Of a DNA stretch of 64,000 nucleotides, positions 45,450-54,500 are shown piece after piece. Origin of the DNA: an uncultured virus (IMG/VR IMGVR_UViG_3300021092_000028) (Duplodnaviria > Heunggongvirae > Uroviricota > Caudoviricetes); the IMG/VR virus record IMGVR_UViG_3300021092_000028. One strand, written 5' to 3'. Position 1 is the first letter of the stretch. Each line of letters starts with the position of its first letter. Under the pieces are notes generated by a model. That model ran no database searches. It was not told the DNA's origin and was given only the letters and a program-made list of their open reading frames with translations. A program made the translations under genes and the position numbers.

Positions 45450-47024
45450 TTATCTATTTTCACTCAATTTATCAACCTTATCTGAGAGTTCTTTAATTGC
45501 CTCAATCAGAACTCCAATCAGGTTACCATATGCAACGGATTTTAATCCATCATCTGCAGTCTTCACAACCTCAGGGACAATCTTTTCAACCTCTTGTGCA
45601 ACCACACCAATTTGCAGTGGATTTCCTTCCAAGTCCTTACGATTGAATCTAACACCACGAAGTGAATTCACCATTTCAAGAGCATTTGAAATAGTCTCAA
45701 TGTTTTCTTTTAAAGAAACATCAGAATATGCTGTAACGTTTCCTGATGCAGTTAGGTCATTTGTTGAAGGATTGTACGTAATTCCAGCATCAGTGTAAAG
45801 TGTTTCTGCCGTTGCACTTCCATTATCAGAATCGACAAATGTTAGGTAATGAGTAGCCGCAGTTGATCTTGTAGTTGTTTTGATTTGGTCTGCTGATGAT
45901 GCTGAAGTTGCAGAGGAAGCATTGCCAGTTAGAGTTGCAGTGATTGTACCAGCACTAAAGTTTCCACTTGCATCACGAGCAACTAAAGTTGATGCAGTAT
46001 TTGCGCTAGTAGCATTTGTTGCAATTGTAACTGCCGCTGAGCCATTATATGAAGTTCCAGTTAAATAAGTACCAAAAGTCAATGTATTCAGATTACTTCC
46101 CAGAGAAATACCTGAAATTGTAGATGCTGAAAGTTTTGTAATGTCAATTGCAGCACCAGTTGCAATATCAGCATTGACAAGTGAATTGGAAAGACTTAAT
46201 TTTCCATAAGTTATTGCTGCACCAGTTGCAATATCAGCATTAACAATTGAATTTGTTAAACTTAACTTACCATAAGTAATTCCAGCGGCGGCGGCAATAT
46301 CAATATTTGTAATCGCTCCATCAGCAATCAAACCAGCAGTAACAACTCCCACACTTCCTGTACTGATAAGAGTTCCTGTTTCTGCAGGAAGAGTGAGTGT
46401 ACCTGATGCTGTTGCTGATGCTGTAAGAATAGTATTTCCAGATGATGAACCTACAAAACTTGCGCCAATACCATTAATTCTTGGTGAAGTAAATATCTTA
46501 TTGGTAAGAGTCTGGGAGTCAGTATCGCCAACTAATCCGCCAGAAGGAGGAGTTCTTCCTTGGAATAAATCTGCGTTTAGATTATTGACAAGAGTTGTTG
46601 ATGATACTGTAAGTGGAGCAGTTCCAGAAGATACAGTTGATACAAATCTAGATGCTGTGATGATACCACTAAATGAACCATTTCCAGTGACTGTTAATGC
46701 ACTCGTTGCATTTGTAGTTCCAATTCCAACGTTTCTAGTTGTGGTGATTCCAGCACCATTAACAACCCAACCATCTGTTGCAATTCCTACAATACCACTT
46801 AATGTTGCTCCATTTCCGTAGAAATTGGTTGCAGTAATGATACCTGTTACTCCAACATTTCCATTGAAGTTTGTTTCACCAACTACCGTAAACTTATGAG
46901 TAGCAACTGTTGTTCCTATTCCAACATTTGGAGTGGCCTCAGTAGTAATTCCAATACTCTGAGAATCATCATCAATGTGTATAAAAGAACCAAATTGTGA
47001 TAGTTCTCTATTTCTGATACTCAT
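45450..47024 (-). CDS. tail fibre with C-terminal peptidase S74 chaperone
   Basis: YSDVSLKENI...LRGVRF...IGVVAQEVE..VPEVV...VAYGNLIGVLIEAIKE. Confidence 0.87.
   Translation of the reverse strand: MSIRNRELSQFGSFIHIDDDSQSIGITTEATPNVGIGTTVATHKFTVVGETNFNGNVGVTGIITATNFYGNGATLSGIVGIATDGWVVNGAGITTTRNVGIGTTNATSALTVTGNGSFSGIITASRFVSTVSSGTAPLTVSSTTLVNNLNADLFQGRTPPSGGLVGDTDSQTLTNKIFTSPRINGIGASFVGSSSGNTILTASATASGTLTLPAETGTLISTGSVGVVTAGLIADGAITNIDIAAAAGITYGKLSLTNSIVNADIATGAAITYGKLSLSNSLVNADIATGAAIDITKLSASTISGISLGSNLNTLTFGTYLTGTSYNGSAAVTIATNATSANTASTLVARDASGNFSAGTITATLTGNASSATSASSADQIKTTTRSTAATHYLTFVDSDNGSATAETLYTDAGITYNPSTNDLTASGNVTAYSDVSLKENIETISNALEMVNSLRGVRFNRKDLEGNPLQIGVVAQEVEKIVPEVVKTADDGLKSVAYGNLIGVLIEAIKELSDKVDKLSENR
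46130..46320. repeat. in-frame 66-bp (22-aa) tandem repeat, about 3 units
   Basis: I(T/V)NxDIAxxAxITYGKLSLxNS repeated. Confidence 0.8.
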
Positions 47025-47049
47025 TGCTTTCTCCTTATATTTTTATTTA

Positions 47050-49116
47050 TTAAACAGCAACAGTGCTGAGAGTACCAGAGTCATCAACAATAAGACGATA
47101 CTGTGTTCCATTTGGTGATGTAAGAATGACACCAGATGAAGTATCTACGCCAACTCTTACATTTCCACTAAAAGTAGAAATACCAGAAACATTTAACGTT
47201 TCAAGAGACGTATTTCCTTTTACTGTAAGAGCACTCGTTGCATTGGTAGTTCCAATACCAACACCAGTAGAAGTAATCGTTAATTTATTAACTGCTGCAG
47301 TTGATACTCCAACTTGCTCAAAAGTACCTGTAGTGTTAAAACCTAGAACATCAAATCTATGTTCTCCTGCAAATAATCTTATTCTATCTGGACCTGCTAC
47401 TCCCGCAGTATCGTTTCCTTTGAATAGTAATAGTTCAGATCTTTCTGCTTCAGGTCCAGAATAATCATAAATTCTTTCACCAATATAAGTGTGTTGATAT
47501 GGAAGTTCTGTACCAACATTTAATGGACCGTCTTTGTAAGTTCCATAGAATGTAATATAATTTGAAGTTGTTGAAATACCAACTCTAATATTTCCATCAA
47601 CTTGCAATTTTTCACCAGGGTTTGTGGTTCCTATTCCAACCAATCCAGCACTAGTTGTGGTAATAACTGTTCCACCAGTTCCAATATTGAGTGTGCCTGA
47701 GGTTGTGACACCAGAAACTGAAAGTCCACCAATAGTGTTGATACTATATGGAGTATTGATGAAGTTTGAATTCGTTTGAACCGAATTACCCATATAACCG
47801 TGATTGACACACTGATAATGTAAAACAATCGGTGTTGTGTCAGTAACAATAATTTCTGTATAAGCACCAGCACTTCCAGCGGTTCCGTTAAAAGTTACAT
47901 TTGTCGTGTATTGTGTTGTTTTATCTGCCTCTAGATAAAACCTAAGTTGATGAGTGGCGTTAGATGCATTTGCCTGGTCAAAACGATATGTTTTTCCAGG
48001 TAACAATGTAATAAATGGAGACTCTTTATCATCAATATAGTATCCACTAGCAGAACCAGTTCCAAAGTAACGATGGTTTGCTGTTTTTGAAGCAACGGTG
48101 ACGACAAATGTCTCTGTTGTAGAACTTGCAGCACCTACAAGTGCCTTATAGTCAGAAAGTTGTCTGACGGTAGCAATACCAGAAATATTCAGTTGCTTGG
48201 AGAATAATGTTGTTCCAGTGACTGTGGTGATACCAGCGAAAGTTGAAAGACCAGATATGTTTAGACTAGAACCATCTATGGTTCCAACAGTAATATTTGG
48301 AGTTCCTGTAAGATCTTGAGCAACTGTTGCTATACCAGCACTTGATGAATAAGTTGTATTGTTATTATCTGAGATATAGACAGTAACACCAACTCCACTA
48401 TTGATCGCAGTTACAGAGGCACCAACGAAGTTAAGAGACGTAATACTCAGTGGAGTTCCAGTTGTGATACCTTGATTTTGAATTGTAATACCTTGAATAC
48501 CACTTGTACCAGCTCCAAGAGAAGAAACTGCATAAGCAATAACCTCAATAGATTCACCACCGAAACACGCTTGATTGAGCGTAATTGATACACCATCGTT
48601 TGCAGTGAATTCTGTTGGTGCTAACTTAACACCATTGATATAAACATCTACTAGTCCAACTGTGTAAGTATATGAAATGCTTGTTTGTGCTGGAGCTGCA
48701 ATAATTGTTGTAGAGGTTCTTGCAGTTGGAGTTGAGATCCAGTTAACACCAGAACCAGTTGAAATTAAATACTGACCATTAGAACCTACAGTCCCACCGA
48801 TACTAATTGTAGAACTAGTTAAATCTAGATTTGTTGGAATTGCATTTGTAGCAGTGACTGTAGAAAATGCTACGGTTGGATTTGAAATTGCTCCAATATT
48901 CAAACTTGATACTGTTAAAGCAGTTGCAACTAATGTTGTAATTGTTGCAATTCCACTTACATTTAAGTTAGTGGCACCAATACCACCATTAACTTCTAGA
49001 GTGTAATTTAAAACAGTGGTTCCAATACCAACTCTATCAACGTCAGGATTGGCATAGATTAGATTATCAGAAACTTCAACACCGTGCTTAATGACAAAAT
49101 TCTTATTAACTGCCAT
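47050..49116 (-). CDS. tail fibre protein containing a cupredoxin-like domain
   Basis: MAVNKNFVIKHG N-terminus; DVYINGVKL domain; ~110-aa domain shared with 18651..22208. Confidence 0.8.
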   Translation of the reverse strand: MAVNKNFVIKHGVEVSDNLIYANPDVDRVGIGTTVLNYTLEVNGGIGATNLNVSGIATITTLVATALTVSSLNIGAISNPTVAFSTVTATNAIPTNLDLTSSTISIGGTVGSNGQYLISTGSGVNWISTPTARTSTTIIAAPAQTSISYTYTVGLVDVYINGVKLAPTEFTANDGVSITLNQACFGGESIEVIAYAVSSLGAGTSGIQGITIQNQGITTGTPLSITSLNFVGASVTAINSGVGVTVYISDNNNTTYSSSAGIATVAQDLTGTPNITVGTIDGSSLNISGLSTFAGITTVTGTTLFSKQLNISGIATVRQLSDYKALVGAASSTTETFVVTVASKTANHRYFGTGSASGYYIDDKESPFITLLPGKTYRFDQANASNATHQLRFYLEADKTTQYTTNVTFNGTAGSAGAYTEIIVTDTTPIVLHYQCVNHGYMGNSVQTNSNFINTPYSINTIGGLSVSGVTTSGTLNIGTGGTVITTTSAGLVGIGTTNPGEKLQVDGNIRVGISTTSNYITFYGTYKDGPLNVGTELPYQHTYIGERIYDYSGPEAERSELLLFKGNDTAGVAGPDRIRLFAGEHRFDVLGFNTTGTFEQVGVSTAAVNKLTITSTGVGIGTTNATSALTVKGNTSLETLNVSGISTFSGNVRVGVDTSSGVILTSPNGTQYRLIVDDSGTLSTVAV

Positions 49117-49149
49117 ATGGGTTCACTCTCCCCCAAGTGTTTTTATTAT

Positions 49150-51513
49150 TTATGGTGCCAAAGTAATTATAACTTTACCATAAGTTTCATTACTTCCACC
49201 TATAGTAGAACTAATAATGGTAAAAGATCTATCAGTATATCCACTACCACCACTGGTAGGATTATTATTACCACTGTATGTACCACCAATGACACCATAA
49301 CCACTACCTTGATTACCAGTGTTTCTGAAATGTTCTTGAGAATTACTTGATTTATATCCTCTTTGAATTAATGCAGTATTGGTAACTAATTGTCCATCTC
49401 GGACTCTAAATTGAGTGCTTCCTGGTATGTCTGAACAAGGTGTAATATTTCTATAATAACTTCCAATCGGACATTGATAAGCAACACCAATACCAGAGAA
49501 CATACTATCAACATATCTTCCCAATGAGTTATTAAGACCACCTTGAACAATTTCTGCTGCTCCGCGAATCGGATTTCCATTATTTCCAACGGCAATTCCT
49601 ACTCCACCACCAGCAGCATTTGCAACTCTGTCACATCCCGAACCAACTGCAGCCATTAAACTTGCCTTTCTATAAATGAAGATTGCTCTTCCAGTATCAT
49701 CTCTAGTTACTACATATTCAACGTTTCTTTGCATTACAAATTCGATCAATGAGTAACCACCTTGTCCTCCATTATTGCTACCTTTTCCACCATAAATTTC
49801 TGCACGTACTCTAATATCTCTTTCTGATGCATAAAGAATTTGTAGAGGTCTCGTAGAATCAAAATTAAGAATAAGTGGACTACCTGCCAAATCAACCTGA
49901 CCAGTGGTTGCAAGAATTGCACTTGTCTCAGATGCAAACTCGTAGTTAATAGAGTTTCTTCCTGGAGTTACTGTATAGTTAATTTCATTTGATTGTAATG
50001 GTGAGTTTACTGCGGATGGATGTGATACATCTACAGCAATTTCATATTGCCCAACATTTGAACCTCCAATCGTAAGATTTGGTGTTGTTACTCCTGAAGC
50101 AGTAAATGTTGCTCCTGTGATAGTATTTGTCCCACCATTCAGAGAAATTCCATTAAGTTTCCAACGATAAGATAATTGATTATTCGTGCCATTACTTACA
50201 CTTGCGGCAACAGCAAATATTGTAGAAGTTGTTGTTGAAGAAGATTGACTCGTTGGTTGTTGAGTAATTGTTATTACAGGTCTTACGGTTAAGGTAACAG
50301 TGTTGGAAAGTAAAGGAGAATTAAGAGCGTTTGCAGTATTTCCAGAACGATTAAAATTAACCTGACAGTAATATTGTGCTCCGTTTAATGCACCAACATC
50401 AGAGACAGTGAGACTTGTTCCTGTTGCACCTGAAATTGCTCCAGAACCAACTCTATACCACTGATAGGATAAACTGCCCGATGCTCCTGATGTGAATGAA
50501 GAATTAATTGTAAAAGTACCAGGAGTTTCTGGGAAATTTGTAACGATAGGATCTGTATTTTGTCCTGGAGCCACAGAAAGAATAGTAAACTTAAAAGAAC
50601 CGTTTCTATTTGTAATTACGCCACCACCCGCAGAATCTGTTGTTGAATATGAACCACCAGTTACTAATGTTGGATTAAAATAACTAGAACCGCCGCCGCC
50701 AGCCCCTGCACCTTCAGATCCACCACCACCACCGCCAAAATATCCACCACCGCCTCCAGCACCTTCAGCATTTCCATTTCCTCCTGTTAATGCAGAACCT
50801 GCCTGCCCACCACGAGCTCCAAGACCTCCAGAAGTTTGTGTGGCACCTTTACCCGCTCTGCTTCCATTTGAACCATCTGATCCATTTGGAAGTCCACCAT
50901 TGCCTCCACTTGCAGGATCTTCAGAAGCACCTCCACCACCCGATGCAATTAAAAGAGCATTTGCTTGTGTTGCAGATAGTAAAAATAGACCAGTATATCC
51001 ACCGCCTTGAGCACCAGGATATGATCCTCCCGTAGTTTCTGCTTTTAATCCCGCACCAGTAAAAGTTGCTGCAAGATTATTAAAACTTCTACTACTGGCA
51101 CCAGCACCACCAACTCTTACCTTATATGATTGTCCAGCATTAAAGGTTAAAGTTCCCTGAACATAACCACCTAAACCTCCAACTTGCCTGTCAACTCCAC
51201 CTCTTTGACCAAAACCACCCATTGCACCAACAAGGTAAGTTCTTGCAGTAAAACTTACATTAGGTGTAAGTGTATACTCAACACCAGGAGCAAAATCTTG
51301 GAAGGTTGTGATATTATTCAGATTGATTGATGTAGTCCCATTAGGAGTTGCTGGTGATATTGTCATTATGGGAATGACAGGAGGACCAGCAGTAACTACC
51401 TGATATGCAGGAGTTGCTGTTGCATTCTGTGGTTGAGTTGCAATTGTAATAGAAGGTGGATTGATATCTAGATTACTAGGAGTTTTTCTGAAGAATTGGT
51501 GATTTGATCTCAT
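49150..51513 (-). CDS. structural protein with glycine-rich and Ig-like domains
   Basis: Polyglycine GGGGGYFGGGGG; LSYQW...YYCQV and ITQQP...LSYRW Ig repeats; ATGA-coupled to the upstream gene. Confidence 0.8.
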   Translation of the reverse strand: MRSNHQFFRKTPSNLDINPPSITIATQPQNATATPAYQVVTAGPPVIPIMTISPATPNGTTSINLNNITTFQDFAPGVEYTLTPNVSFTARTYLVGAMGGFGQRGGVDRQVGGLGGYVQGTLTFNAGQSYKVRVGGAGASSRSFNNLAATFTGAGLKAETTGGSYPGAQGGGYTGLFLLSATQANALLIASGGGGASEDPASGGNGGLPNGSDGSNGSRAGKGATQTSGGLGARGGQAGSALTGGNGNAEGAGGGGGYFGGGGGGSEGAGAGGGGSSYFNPTLVTGGSYSTTDSAGGGVITNRNGSFKFTILSVAPGQNTDPIVTNFPETPGTFTINSSFTSGASGSLSYQWYRVGSGAISGATGTSLTVSDVGALNGAQYYCQVNFNRSGNTANALNSPLLSNTVTLTVRPVITITQQPTSQSSSTTTSTIFAVAASVSNGTNNQLSYRWKLNGISLNGGTNTITGATFTASGVTTPNLTIGGSNVGQYEIAVDVSHPSAVNSPLQSNEINYTVTPGRNSINYEFASETSAILATTGQVDLAGSPLILNFDSTRPLQILYASERDIRVRAEIYGGKGSNNGGQGGYSLIEFVMQRNVEYVVTRDDTGRAIFIYRKASLMAAVGSGCDRVANAAGGGVGIAVGNNGNPIRGAAEIVQGGLNNSLGRYVDSMFSGIGVAYQCPIGSYYRNITPCSDIPGSTQFRVRDGQLVTNTALIQRGYKSSNSQEHFRNTGNQGSGYGVIGGTYSGNNNPTSGGSGYTDRSFTIISSTIGGSNETYGKVIITLAP

Positions 51514-54500
51514 GAGAAGTTCTGACCTCCGACAACGCCATAGAGAGTTGCTCCACCATCAAAAGTAGTGAATGAGTAAACATCTCTTGCACCAGCAATA
51601 TTTGTAACCGTTGGAACAATACCTGAAGCCCAGTACACAGGAATTTGAACACCAAATGCATTAAAGAATGTATCAATAGAAACTAAGAATGGAGTTGAAC
51701 CTTGAGTAATTGAAATTGTGAAAGATGTTGAATTTGATCCAGATGGTGGATTGAGTAAAGTAAATCTATTAATATTTGAAGATGGTGTGAGTGTAAATGT
51801 TTGTCCATCATTAAGATTAACATTCACATTCAAGGATGCTACAGAAAGTGCTGTGACACCTTCATAATAACTCTTAAACTTGGCACGTCCATTAACTTCC
51901 AGAAGTTCACTTGGAGATGCAACACCTAGACCAATTCTACCTCCAGAAGTTACTGTAAGTGCGGATCCAACAGAGAAACTTGTATTGACTACACCAACAC
52001 CTGTTGTAACAATACCTGCTCTAATGTTTCCAGTTGCACTATCAAGTCTGAATGAAGTGCTCGTAAGCATTCCACTTACAACTGCTCCAGAATTTGCAGT
52101 AACTGGACCATTGAAGATTGATCTGTTATTTACATAAAGATCAGTTAATCCAGTTCCAACAGCACCAACTTCAAGAACAAATCTTGGTCTTGAAGTTCCT
52201 ACACCAACATTATCAGATACTTGTGTATTATAAATGCCAGTGCCAAGTCCAGAAGCAACCTGAGACCAACCACTAGAAGCAACGTTTAGATTAGTGATTC
52301 CGCTACCATCACCAACAAGGAATCCTGCGGTAAGAGTAGAACCAACATTTAAGGTTCCAGTAATTGTAGCACCACCAGATACTCTTGCACTTCCAACTAC
52401 ATTTAACTTAAACTGATTTGCAGTTGTTCCAATACCAACACCATTTGCATCTACACAGAATAATGTGGTTCCAGAACCAACTCTGAGTTTACAATCACCA
52501 GGTGAGGTTGTAGAAATACCGAGTTGATCAACAAGGAGAACATTCGAAGTATTTGAAAGACTAATTCCTCCGAACTTGTACCAATCATTATCAGCAGTGT
52601 AAACCCAACCAATGGATCCTCCCTTAACAGGAGTTGAGTTATAAACAACATCTCCAGGGTTTCCTGAGATTGTTGGTTCAGTATTTCCTACAGTATATTT
52701 TCTGGATACTTTAGTATCACCTTGGAGGAACAGTGAATTCGCTTCAATACCTTTTGATGAGTTTGATGTAATCTTATTGTTAAAGATTACTGGTCCATCA
52801 AATTCGGAGATAATATTCTGATCCGAACCACCTTCTACACGGATAGAACGGCTGATGGAAACTTCAAGAGGAGTAAGAACATCAAATCCAATGTTGAGTC
52901 CTGTAGAACCTAAATCTTCACCAGTTACCGTTGGAATTGGTGAGTCAAATACTTCCTCTTGTCCTGTTGCTGAATTAACTTTCTTATTACCAACGTAGAA
53001 GTCGCCATCATTATTCATTCCAGTGAAGACGTTAATACCACCATCAATCTTTGTTGATTGAGCTAGAAGTTCTTCCTGACCAGTAATCTGTCTATCTTGA
53101 CGATCTGGTAGCGCAGTAGAATAGTTACCAGGACCAAAACCAACATATTCAAAAGTATGTCCAGATGCACGGATAATTGAATTTCTACGGAACTCAATTG
53201 GATCACACTTGATTCTTCTTACGACACTATTGCTTCCGTGTGCTGCTGCTCTTGTTCCAAGAACTCCACGGAAAACTGAAATTGGATTAGTTCCAGTTGT
53301 GGTTGTCTTGACCCTTACAATCTCATTATCAATGCTCAAATAATCTCCAATATTAATGTCATAATTTTCAATGTTTGTGATTGAGATAGTGTCAGTTGTA
53401 GTATCAGAAATTGGAGACGCAAGAGTAGTAGTAATTCCTGCATATTTTGTAAACAGTCTTCCAGAACCACTATCATTAGTAAAGTCTATATTACCACCAC
53501 TTGAACTATATCCTGGGTGATGAATATAAAGAGTTCCTGAAATTGTAGGAGCAAAAGTATTAATTCCTACATTTAAGGTGAATGATGTTGAAGAACCAAC
53601 TCTCTTAACTACAAAGTCATCGTTATAGAAACTCTCGGAAGCACCACTTAGACGAACTTTATTATCAACCTTAAGTCCATGGTAATCACTGGTTGTTACA
53701 ATACCAAGACCTGTTGTTGGATTGTAACTAAATGCAGAGACAACTACTGATCTTCCGGATAGATATGCAGTTGAATTTGAAGTAACTACAGATCCAATTC
53801 CAAGAGTTGTAGCAGCTCCAATGCTTCTAGTAGATTCAACAACAATCTGCTTTGGTTTTCCGATTGGAACATCAGTAATTCTATAGATCTCATTATATCC
53901 ATCATAAGTTTTCGATCTAATAGCATCAATTACAAGAGTATCTCCAATGTTGTTGTATATTTTGGTTACATTTACAACACCAACTGTATGTCCAGTAGTA
54001 GTTGCGATACCTACGACAGATAGTGTATTACCAATACCGTAAGCACTGCCGCCGTCCATAATCTTGACAGCGGTAATATTTCCACTTGCATTAACAGTGA
54101 CTCTAGCAGTAGCATCAGATCCAGTGACTGAAGCACCAATACTTACGAGTTTTGCATTATAAAATGTTTGTGCGGATCCATTTCCATATCCAGCACCACT
54201 ATTAGCAATTCCAACTTGAATAATACGGTTCAAACCGTGGTTATAATCTGTATGAATTGTATGCCCAACACCAGACAAGGAAACAATATCTGTAATACCA
54301 ATTCCAGAGCGAGAATCTAGAAGAGAAGCATTAAGAGTTTCTTTTGTAATACTGTGCTGAGGATCATCAATTGCAACTTGACCAATTGGATTTGGAAGTG
54401 CAAAAGATACAGATGGTTTTGGATCTGATGTTGGATTATCTCTATTTGTCTGAGGATAGAAATTCTGAATTGGTTGAGAGAATCTCAGATTAGTAAATGG

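Noticed and set aside
17628..51035. Plus-strand His/Pro-rich ORFs (e.g. 17628, 33571, 43977, 44590, 50790)
   Set aside because: Reverse complements of polyglycine codons (GGT/GGA read as CCA/CAC/ACC), not genes.
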